A DNA stretch of 64,000 nt, from NCBI GenBank assembly GCA_030704615.1, contig CM060734.1:10168001-10232000 (forward strand), in the 5' to 3' direction. Made by a program: the position numbers and the translations under genes. The DNA comes from Takakia lepidozioides (Eukaryota > Plantae > Bryophyta). Under the pieces are notes generated by a model. It made no database searches. It had not been told where the DNA came from and saw only the letters and a program-made list of their open reading frames with translations. Of the stretch, positions 1 to 10,236 are shown in pieces. The first letter of the stretch is position 1. Every line of letters begins with the position of its first letter.

Positions 1-570
1 TTCAGGTTTGTGGGTGCAAGAAATGAAGCAAAGGAGTGATTCTCTTATGGTGAGAGTAGGGCATGTGTGGAGAATGCCTTCAGCCCATTGAGGCTCTTGT
101 TTTCAAGCTTTAGAGAGCTAGAACGGAAGTCTAGGGCTGGTTTCCACTTGGAGTGAAAGAAAAGCACTTGTAGGGCCTATGTGAGTTGGGGTTTCAACTT
201 CAAGCTTGAAGGGAGCGCAACTTTGAAGCAGCAGGTGTAGGGGGCTGGAATAGGCTCTAAGACAGATGCTATGGCCAAGGAGAGTGCTTGAATGAGTGCT
301 CACAAGGGCTGGGAACCAGCAGGGCTTGGTTGTTTGCCATTGAGTTTAGTGGCGTGTTGGGAGGCTAAGTGAGAAAGAAGGCTTGGTTTGTGGCAACCAC
401 CTCATGGCTTAGGGCTACTATGGTGGTGTGTGCCGAAAGAGCAAGAATACCTTGCTGATTTCCTCACAGCCGCCATAGCTCAATGGAAAGAAGCCTAGAG
501 TCCAAGAGACACAAACCTGATTGGCGTGGCTAAACCCTTGGAAGAAATGGCTAAATTGCCAGAGCGGCCA

Positions 571-1250
571 TGGATGGGGCTGTGATGGGCTGTGAGGGGC
601 GTGACAGGCGTGCTAAGGCCTTTGAGGCATATGAGGCTGTGAGGGGCTGTGACAGGCTGTGCCCATGGCCTTTGGGGCTGTGATGGGCTGTGAGGGGCTG
701 TGACAGGTGCCGTGCCTGAAGGCCTTTGAGGCTGTGAGGGGCTGTGAGGGATGTGACAGTGCCTGTGCCTGAGGCCTGTGGGGCTGTGAGGGGCTGTGAG
801 GGGGACTGTGTTGTAGCAACCGTGCCTTGAGGGGCTGTGGTGGCTGTGACGGGCTGTGACAGGCTTGTGTGCCAGTGGCCTGTGGGGCTGTGAAGGGCTG
901 TGACAGGCTGTGGCCCATGGCCTTGGGGCTGTGATGGGCTGTGAGGGGCTGTGACAGGCCGTGCCTGAGGCCTTTGATGCTGTGACGGGGATGTGACGGG
1001 ATGTGACGGGCTGTGCCCATGGCCTTTGGGGCTGTGATGGGCTTGTGAGGGGCCGTGACAGGCCGTGGCTGAGGCTTTGAGGCTGTGCAGGCTGTGAGGG
1101 GCTGTGACAGGCCGTGCTGAGGCCTTTGGGGCTGTGAGGGGCTGTGAGGGCTGTGTCAGGCCGTGCCCTGAGGCCTGTGGGGCTGTGATGTGTGTGTGTG
1201 TTCTGGGCTGTGGACTGTGACGGCTGTGGTGAGCTGTGTGGGCCTGTGCT
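571..1250 (+). repeat. Degenerate G-rich tandem array (GGGCTGTGA-type, about 10-nt units) in the 5' UTR of the element
   Basis: Dozens of ggctgtga/ggctgtgac units. The counterpart in copy 2 is at 52104-52580. Confidence 0.9.
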
Positions 1251-1955
1251 GGTCTGTGGTGGCCCGTGTTGACCTGGGGGCCTGTGCTGACTCGTGGAGG
1301 CACTGGTGGACTGCCTAAGGACTGGCATGTGGTCTGGAAGGCCGAATTTTGAAGCTCGTGGAGGGCGGTTTGAGGAGTATCTTCATGATATTCCCATGGT
1401 CATGCAAGTGAGGGAGAGAGGAGAGGAAGAGTGTTGGGATGAGGGCATGCTGGGGTTAGGCATTGCTTTAGCTTCTCTTCCTCGTAGTTTCCACCCTCTC
1501 ATTAGGCCAAGACCTTTCCGTAGGTGGAGGCAAGAGTCAGTCCGGGTTTGGGCTGGGGTGTCCTTGCAGAGCAACACCGTGGAGTTGTTTTTGGTGTGGG
1601 GGAGTTGTCGTTCTGATTTCTTGTGTTTGGATCCCCTCCATACCTGCATGCTTGACTGTGCGCCATGCTAGTTTTGTGTGGGCGCTTGTTTTATAGGTGA
1701 TTGGTCCGGATTTGATCACCGGCCAGTCCTAGAGCATGCTGTCGATGGTGAGGCTGGGGTGATGACCAGCCAGACCATCATTGTTCTCCTGTGGTGAGGT
1801 TGGAGGTGATGACCAGCCAACCATAGGAGTGCTTGCGGTGGATGCAGGTACAGGTGTAGCTATGTTAGGAACTTAGTATTCCAAACCATAAGCCGCAACA
1901 GGTTCTCTACCCGGTTACCTTGTGGAGAGGGGTTTAGGGACATGTTCATGACCGG

Positions 1956-4900
1956 TTGAGTGTCAACACGGAGGTGCCACTAGTTGCTGGGGACAGTGCC
2001 GGTTCGAGCACTAGCGATACTAGTGGGTACACGAGACGAGGTGTGCGGTTTAGGCCACCTTCACCTCCTGTGTCTTCTACGGAAGGTTCTGATTCGGATT
2101 GTGAATCAGGAGGACTCATACCGGCGGTGCAAGTTGTTTCTTTGCCATTGTTGTGGGACACAATGGAGGAGATGTATGGAGCTACCAAGGGGCCACGAAG
2201 GTACTCTGGGGCGGTGGGCACCATCGAGTTGGATGATTTTATCCAAGAGTTTGATAGTTGGTGTGATTTGCAGCAAATGCGCAATCCACAACTATTTACG
2301 CCTTTCATGGCATGGAAGGGGCTGTTTCAGCACCTTGAGGGGCCGCCTATGGATGATTACCATGAGTTCAGGCGGGGGCATGAGGTTGAGATCGAGGAGT
2401 GGAGGATGTACTGGTCACCCGACTATGTCTCCATCACTAGGGGCACTAGAGCCACGAGGGCAGTGGCTACCTGCCGCTGCACCGGCAGCTTCAGCAAGTA
2501 GCAGTGGGACTGGTGGTACAGTAGCTACGACGTCCACCCAAGCCACTACCGCACCAGCACTAGCACCCGTGCCTGCCTTCAACCCTGTTGTGGAGTTCTT
2601 CGAAGAGTTGAGAGGGAACTACCAAGGGGTGAGGACAGAGAAGTTGCGGAGCTTGCAAGAGTTCCAACGGAAGCCGACCGAGAGCTTGAGGGAGGCTTTC
2701 ACTCGCATGAGGCGCTTGATAAATGTAACCCAAGGGGTTACGGAAGCTCAGGCAGTCCAATTCTGGTATGGGATATTGGACAAGGAGCTGAGGAGAAGGG
2801 TGCGGGATGCAACTCTCCTACAAGCGGCCCAACCCACCTTAGCAAATGTGTTTTTGCTGGCAGAGCGGATAGAGCTCAACATGGTGGAGGAACGAGTGGT
2901 CATGGTGGGATTTGCTAAGGAGACACCACGGGGTAGTGGTGCTCCTAGCCAACCACTACCTCAACGTGCTCAAGGCAACAAGGGGGCTCAGGTGAAGCTC
3001 AGGGAAGGGCAGAGAGGACCTCAGATGCAGGGGTCTCTCCCTTCATTTGCTGGCCAACAACGGGCGGATGTGGTGTGCTGGACATGTGGAGGACCCCATG
3101 TCAAAGGATTGCCAGAGGGAGGCAAAGGGCGGCACATGCACAGCCTGCACAGTTGCAGTGTGGGCATTGTGGCAAGCACGGGCATGGAGAGGCCCAGTGT
3201 TATGGTTTGCATCCTGAGTTGCGCCCAGGCCAGTTCCAAGGGAACAATGGTGGCCGGGGGCGAGGGAGCAGCCCAGAGAGGACGAGGTGGCCAGCCACGG
3301 GCCAAGGGCAAGCTCAACGTGGCCAAGGACGCGGAGGTCAGGGTGTTGACCAAGGCATGGCCAACCGGCTTCAGCAGCTAGAGCAGAGGCTCGCTGCCAT
3401 GGCTACAGCTCAGGTGGTACCGGCTCTAAGGCCGGATGGTCCACCTCCTGCTCCTGAGGGAGGAGATATGGGAGGCATGGGATTCATGTGTGGAGCAGCA
3501 CTACCACTAGTGCAGGTGGAGTCTGCTGCAGCCGTGACTCGAGGAGCAGCACGAGTTCCTGAGCCACGAGGTGCAGAGGTGGAGTTGGATCCACAGCGTG
3601 GGGAGGCAAGCCGTCAGGCTAGGCTTCCTCAGTCATTCACATTGGCGGAGACAGTGTCGACGCCATCCATGGCACCTAGTTCTCGCCCGACTGTTACCGA
3701 GGCGGAGGTTACTATGCCATTGGGGAGAGCTACACGGGTAGCACCACTACCTAGTGTTGCCAAGGCTACGGCAGCTAGTGTGCTGCTAGGAGCGGCCACA
3801 TCTGTGTGCCAGGCTCCATTGTTCTCGCTACCATGATTGCGACGCCGGGGGTAACCAGCTGAGGTGTTCAGGCTGGCAGCTACACTCTGTGAGAGTGGGG
3901 AGGTTACTTCATCTTCTGCGGAGATAGTGGGAGGTGTAGTGCCGGAGGGATCCTCGGATTTGAGGGTCAAGACTGCCACGGCGGCGCCATGGCAAGCTGC
4001 AGCTGCCAGGTTGATGGAGCTGCCAGCTAGGCCAGCCATTGAGCGCGCCATGGTGACACCTGGAGTTGTCATGTTAGACAACCAGGATGGCATTTTCTGT
4101 TTGAGTGGACCGGCAGGCAAGAGGTACCGGCCACTGCGGTCTTGTTGGACTCGGGAGCTCAGCCATTGATGCTGGCAGAGCTGCTATTGCAGGCTTGGGC
4201 CTCACGGAGGCGGATATGGAGCCTTGTCCTTTCCAGATACAGACGTCTCTGGGAGGATCGGAGCAGGCTCGGGGCATGACACGGCGTGAGTTGGCTATCA
4301 GACTACGGCCGGATCACCCTACAGATGGCTCAGTGATGCGAGCCAAGGCCATTGTGACAGACGCAGTCTCATACGATGTCCTGGTTGGTGGGGCAGTGTT
4401 GTACCCCATGGGCTTCACCCTGGATTTTTGGGAGGAGTCAGCTTCCTATAGGCCTGCATGGCAGTCAGGGGAGGGCCGGCGTGTGCAGCTCCCTGTGACG
4501 TTCATAGGAGGAGTTGCGGTTGCCCAGCGAGGCAAGATGCCGACACTAGCAGCATTCACAGCGGCAGTGAGTTGGCCTAGAGAGTTGCTTGAGGGCAATG
4601 CTCATTCAGAGGATGTACCACCTCCGGGAGAGCAGGATGACATGTATGGTATGGCGGAGTTGCCTACCATGGTTGCTCAGACTCCATTGTGGGGCACGAG
4701 CAAGGATTTGCAGCGGGATGCTGATCGACGGTGCAACAAGCCTGGGTGGAGGCTTTTGTACCGTCAGGAGAGGAGGAGAGTGTGGGGATTGCACCAGGAC
4801 CACCTCAATTGTCTCCATTGGACACCACACCTATTGTGTGGCAGTATCCGGATGAAGGCATTTGTCTTCTGGACTTGTTTGGCGGGATCAGCACCGGATT

Positions 4901-6101
4901 GGCTGCTGTGTTACAGGCAGGTGTACGAGTTCGGCGTTACCTGTATGTGGAGAGGGATGAGACTGCACGACGCGTTTCACTTCGCCATGTTGCTCAGTTT
5001 GGTGCAGCGGTACCCTGAGTTGTTGTCGGTGTCTGCAATTCGTGGATATCAGCAGGCCTTGCCAGCAGACATTTCGTTGCTGGGGGCGCAGGATTTGGAG
5101 CGGGTTGGCTCCATTGATCTGGTAGTGGCAGGTTGGCCCTGCCAAGGGCATTCATCAGCCGGGCATGGCAATGGATTGCGAGACTCGAGGTCGGGTCTGT
5201 TTTGGGAGATGGTGCGGGTTTTGCGCCACTTGCAGCTTCATCAAGCTGTATCTCCAGCATACATCTTGGAGAATGTGCCACTGATGGGCGATTCTCGGGC
5301 CAGGGTGATGGCCAGTGTGCATCAAGTCCGGTCGTGGCTTGGGTCAGCAGTGTTGCTAGATGCAGCTACAGTGGGGTCACATCGTCCACGGCTATGGTGG
5401 ACTAACTTGATGCCACCCGCACTGCTCAAGCGTGCATTTGATGGGGTGCAGCGGCCAGCACATCTCACAGTGGATAACATTCTGGACACAGGGAGGCAGT
5501 CTCAGCGTGTGAGACACGATGACCGTTCGCCTTTGGCAGTGGTCAACAAGGTGGGTCAACCACGAGCAGCATTACCTACACTGCTCAGCTTCCCAGGATC
5601 GCATGCTTTCCGGGATAGTGGACCTGGCCTCCTGTGGGATGCTCAGTTGCAGCAGTTAGTGGAGCCTAATGCTGACGAGCGTGAGCGGGCAATGGGTTTT
5701 ACCACTGGTACCACGGCGGTGTCGTCTCTTTCTGAGGCATCACGTCGTCAAGTGTTGGGGCAAGCAATGGATCTCAATTGCTTGACCTGGATTATCAGCT
5801 TGGCTCTGGCTGAGCAACGCAGAGTGCGGAGTACACTTCCTCAATGGTCTCTCTGCCTACCGAGACGGTACAGGCAGTGAGTGGGGGCGAGCATGTGAGG
5901 ACCACGGGGTGCATGCATCCATGGCACACGTGGGAGGTGCTCGAGGTTCAGAGGGAGTTGGCAGCCAAGGCGGCTGTGATGGATGAGGTTGGGGATTCTT
6001 CTCGGGTTGAGGAGGTCCTCAAGGATGAGATGATGGGGCAGGATGAGGCCTTGTCATTGACTGAGCAGGCAGGGAGTACTGCTCAAGAGGTTGCAACATA
6101 G
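1956..6101 (+). pseudogene. ORF1 of copy 1: Gag-aspartic protease-C5 DNA methyltransferase, broken by several frameshifts
   Basis: Pieces 1956-2501, 1984-3381, 3075-3836, 3864-4169, 4105-5880, 4731-5018 and 5844-6101 join into the protein seen in copy 2. CGHCGKHGHGEAQC knuckle; LLDLFGGISTG, AGWPCQG, YILENV, RPRLWWTN, ERERAMGF, RRQVLGQAM. First in-frame ATG at 2163. Confidence 0.9.
4860..5800 (+). other. C5 cytosine methyltransferase domain (DNMT3-like, motifs I-X in linear order), copy 1
   Basis: Motif I FGGISTG, II VERD, IV PCQ (5137-5145), VI ENV, VIII HRPRLWW, IX ERERAMGF, X RRQVLGQA. One frameshift near 5000. Confidence 0.93.
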
Positions 6102-9100
6102 CAACCACGGACGCGTCCTCTACCTCTAAGCCCACTGGACTTAAGGTTGCAGTTACGGAGGACAATTGGGAGCCTGACATTGGACCCATTGTCACCGGAG
6201 GAGAGAGACGACGTATACGGCGGTTCCTGAGGGCTTACAGGAATTGCTTTGCCTTCAGTTTGAAGGACTTGGGAGCACTGAAGGGTCAAGAGATCCGTAT
6301 TGAGTTGGCCACTGACACGCCAATCTTTCGGAGACCCTATAGATACAGTGACATGGAGAGGTCTTTGATTCAGATGAGGACTCAAGATCTCTGGGAGGCA
6401 GGTTTGGTGGAGCTCTCTGGTGGAGAGTATGCTTCAGCCACAGTGATGCCAGCCAAGAAGGATGTCTATGGCAATTGGACGGAGAGACGTATGTGCGGTG
6501 ATTACCGGCCTGTAAATCGTCAGACCAAGTCCGATAAGTATATGCCATGCCAACACCAGAGGAGATCTTTGATGCCATCGGGCATGCTAAGGCCTTTAGC
6601 ACTTTGGATTTACGATCCGGATATCACCAGTTGCCAATCAAGGAGGCGGACAAGCAGAAGACGGCATTCTGGGGGATCAATGAGCACGGCAAGGATTGCC
6701 TATATCAGTGGCGGTTCTTACCATTTGGGCTTAAGAATGCTCCTGCAGAGTTTCAGAGAGTCATGGATAGGATTCTAGCAGGGGTGGACTTTGCTCGGTG
6801 CTACATAGATGACATCATCATCTTTAGTGTTACGATGGAGGAGCATGAGAGACACCTTCAGGTGGTATTGGAGCGCTTGAGAGCGCACGGATTGAAGTTG
6901 CATCCGGGGAAGTGCAAGTTTTTCCACAACCAGATTGAGTATCTGGGTCACATGATATATCCTGGAGGATTGGGGGTACAGCAGACTAAGGTAGAGGCCA
7001 TTGCACAAATTCCACGCCCCACGGATGTGAGCCGAGTTCGAGCTTTCATGGGGTTGGCAAACTATTATAGACGGTTTGTCAAGGGATTTAGTACCATTGC
7101 AAAGGCTCTAACCAAGCTGACCAAGGTGGAGTGGCAGTGGGAAGATGAGCAGGAACGAGCTTTTCAAGAGCTCAAGGCGAGGTTGACCTCGGCGCCTATC
7201 TTGAGACGACCTATCAGGGGGCGTCCCTTTCAGCTGCATACGGATTGGAGCATGCTGGGGCTTGGAGCGGTGCTCACACAGGTGGATGATGAGGGAAGAG
7301 AGTTCGTAGTGGCTTACGCTAGCCGCTCGAACAACGCTGCAGAGGCTAAGTACAGCTCATATGAGGGAGAGTGCTTAGCTGCAGTGTGGGCCGTGGCACA
7401 CTTCAGGTGCTATCTATACGGCAATCTTTTCACCCTTGTCACGGATCACCAGCCACTCAAGTGGTTGATGGAGTCAGACAAGCTTACGGGGAAGCTTGCA
7501 CGGTGGGCACTTATACTCCAGGAGTATGACTTTCAGGTTGTGCATCGACCGGGTTTGGTCAATCGGGATGCGGATGGATTGAGTCGCAATCCATGCATGA
7601 GCCAGCAGGATGACACTGGAGCTCGGTGGCATGGTGAGACGGACGAGGAGATGGTGCCGGGATGGCACGCATCTGCATTTTTGTGTATCTTGGCATCGGA
7701 GGTCAGATTGGACCTACAACAGGGATGACTGTAGACGGAGTGTCTGAGGACCCTGAGGCTAGTGATGAGCTAGGTGGTGCCAGAGATATACATGAGGATT
7801 CGGCTGTGTTGGACTACCTCCGCACGGGACACGGCAGCCATTGTGACTGCCAGGGAGAGGGATCGGATCCTGCAACGAGCCAAGAGGTTCAAGTGGGAGG
7901 GGATACACCTACTTCGAGTGTGGGAGGATGGTCGGGTGAGGATTGTGCCTCACCCCACACAGCGTGCACGGTTAGTGCGGCATGCCCATGAGGAGTTGGG
8001 GCATTTTGGAGTGCGACGCACTCACAGTTTACTGCAGGGGCAGTATTGGTGGCGTGGTATGCATACAGAGGTGCAACAGTTCGTGGCTAGGTGCATGGTG
8101 TGTGACAGGGTGCGTGCTTCATTCAACGCCCCTACACCACAGTTGCATCCTTTACCAATCATGGGATTGGGCTACAGGTGGAGTCTTGACTTCGCAGGAC
8201 CGTTGCCACTGACTATGCGCCACCACAGATATGTGTTGGTGATGGTGGAGCACTTCTCCAAGTGGATTGAGTTGGTTCCATTGCCTGACAAGGCTAGTGA
8301 GGGGGCTGCGTATGCATTCTTGGATCGTGTGCTTAGCCGATTTGGTGCTCCAGCTGAGGTACTCACGGACCAAGGGAGAGAGTTCTTGGGGGAGTTTCAG
8401 GCTTTGTGTGATAAAGCCTTGATAGACCACCGCACCACTTCTCGGGATCATCCTGAGGCCGATGGCTTAGCAGAGAGAGTTGTTCAGACGGTGAAGAGGG
8501 TTTGCGCAAGTATGGCTTGCAGAAGGGACACCTAGGAGATTGGGATCTTCAGGTTCCTTGGTTAGCCATGGGCTACAGGTTCAGCAAACAAGCATCACTT
8601 GCCTCCTTCTCACCATATTTCCTTCTCTTTGGCCGAGAGCCGGATTTGCCTGCAGCCATTCGTAGGGACACTGCTCAAGTCCTTAACCTTGACGATCCGG
8701 ACGTGTGGGTACGTGCATGTGATCAGCGTGCAGAGTTGTTCAAGAAAGTCATGCCCATGGCTTTTGAGAACCTTGCCATTGCACAGCACCGTGATACGTT
8801 GAGGTATGCCACTATACGTGGTGGAGGATATCGTCCTGGGGTTCGGAGGTTTAGCCCTGGTGACTATGTTTATTTGCAGCAGACTGCTCCTACGACTCTG
8901 GATGTTACTGCAGGGCGTGTTATTCTGAGGGTTCGAGAGGTGTTGCCCTCAGGGGTCCTGATCTTGGAGGGTCGGGATGGCATGACTTGGAAGGACCATG
9001 TGCGTAATTGTGCGCCATGTCACCTTCCCAATGTCGATGGCAGAGTTGACCCAAACTTGGCAGTGGTACCTGCAGGTTTGAGGTGCATGCTCTGTGGGTC

Positions 9101-9227
9101 TGCCAAAGGGGCAGCCACCATGCTGGTGTGTGATCGATGCTCAAGGGGTTGGCATATGGGATGCTTGACACCACCTCTTGAGAAGGTTCCTGACGGAGAT
9201 TGGTTGTGTCCACACTGCTTGGGATAG
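6102..9227 (+). pseudogene. ORF2 of copy 1: RT-RNase H-integrase-PHD finger, frameshifted
   Basis: [21 protein letters not shown]; TDWS/ECLA/TDHQPL/DADGLSR; HAHEELGH..CMVC, SLDFAG, TDQGREF, GLAERVV; terminal C4HC3 CMLC..CDRC..HMGC..CPHC. Confidence 0.93.
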
Positions 9228-9467
9228 TGGCAGTGGACATGACTGGAGGCAGCTAACAAGACATGGGAGGCCAAGCTCATAGGAGTCAATACATGAGATC
9301 CCAAGCTCAAGTTCACAGGTTGCAAGACGGCGACTAACGATGGGGCAACTCTTGCACCCGGCCTCTTGATCTATCGAGTTTGAGTGTAGTAGGGATAGTG
9401 GTGGAGGACTTAGTGAGGCTATGGTCACTATCACATCTTGGGACTTAGAGGGACCTAAGCACCAGCT

Positions 9468-9476
9468 AGGGGGGCG
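9468..9476 (+). promoter_or_regulatory. Polypurine tract preceding repeat B1
   Basis: AGGGGGGCG, then AT, then TG. The same context (CAGCTAGGGGGGCGATTG) recurs on the minus strand near 44069-44086 and near 31850-31867. Confidence 0.75.
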
Positions 9477-9478
9477 AT

Positions 9479-10184
9479 TGTGTGGACTAGTGACTGCCAT
9501 AGTGGGCAGCATAGTGGCAGCCTAGTGACTGACTAGTTGTAGCCTAGTGGTTGGACTAGTGGCTGGACTAGTGGTGACTAGTGGTATACTAGTGTGTGTG
9601 TGCACATGTGTTGTGTGGTTTTGGACAGCGATGTAGTTGTGTAGCGATATGTATGCGCACGACAGCTGTCAAGTTATTTTACCACTAGTGTGAAACTAGC
9701 TAGGAAATAGCTAGCTTTTACATATTGACATTTGGGATTGGCCCAAGTGTCAATCCAGGGGTCAAGGCAGATTTAGGCCCTGGAGTGGTTATCTTCACGG
9801 CAAGCGCGGAAGGCTCATCTTTCTCGAGTTGAGCCTCACCGCGCCTAGCTATGGCGCCGTAGTGTGGATTCCCCATGGCGTGGGGTGCACTTGGCTTGAC
9901 TTGTATTTGAGTGATGAGGTTATATATGCATGAGTTTATGCTTCAGCTTTGTGAGCTCGCATGAGCTTGTGCTTGTATTCTTCTTCTTTATCTATTGTGT
10001 GGACTAGTGACTGCCATAGTGGGCAGCATAGTGGCAGCCTAGTGACTGACTAGTTGTAGCCTAGTGGTTGGACTAGTGGCTGGACTAGTGGTGGACTAGT
10101 GGTATACTAGTGTGTGGTGTGCACATGTGTTGTGTGGTTTTTGGACAGCGATGTAGTTGTGTAGCGATATGTATGCGCACGACA
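9479..10184 (+). repeat. Split terminal repeat block: B1 (9479-9664), GC, A2 (9667-about 9993), AT, B2 (9996-10184)
   Basis: B1 and B2 are near-identical direct repeats of about 186 bp, rich in ACTAGT. A2 matches the 5' terminus of copy 2 (53880-54199, minus). Palindrome GACAGCTGTC at 9661-9670. Confidence 0.93.
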
Positions 10185-10236
10185 ACTCTCTCTTCCTCTC
10201 TCGCGCTCTCTCTTTCCTTCTTTCTCTCTCTCTCCT
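10185..10236. repeat. CT-rich microsatellite
   Basis: ctctctcttcctctctcgcgctctctctttcc... directly flanking the element end. Confidence 0.7.

Larger units (their letters stand above)
1..10184 (+). mobile_element. DNMT/PHD-bearing Ty3/Gypsy retrotransposon, copy 1 (5' end outside window; 3' end B-gc-A-B)
   Basis: Domain order gag (two Zn knuckles)-PR-C5 MTase-RT(YIDD)-RH-IN(HHCC, DDE)-PHD. PPT at 9468-9476. Ends ...GCACGACA at 10184. Colinear and near-identical to the reverse complement of about 43883-53170. Confidence 0.95.

Noticed and set aside
495-1328. Ser/Pro/His/Thr-rich ORFs of 135-277 aa on the minus strand
   Set aside because: Products of the TCACAGCCC tandem array, open in all three frames and not conserved in copy 2.
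4860-5800. Host DRM/DNMT3 gene or bacterial restriction-modification methylase
   Set aside because: Intronless, fused in frame to Gag-PR, at the same position in two TE copies, with no cognate nuclease.
9479-10184. DIRS/Ngaro tyrosine-recombinase element, suggested by the split repeats and a methyltransferase
   Set aside because: No tyrosine recombinase seen; a DDE integrase, an aspartic protease and TSDs are present; the methyltransferase is C5 (PCQ/ENV), not the adenine type of DIRS.
9667-10184. A-B block read as an ordinary 3' LTR or as a solo element inserted next to copy 1
   Set aside because: No PPT directly before A, no TSD around it, family 5' ends lack B, and the same GC-spaced join recurs at 31761-31770.
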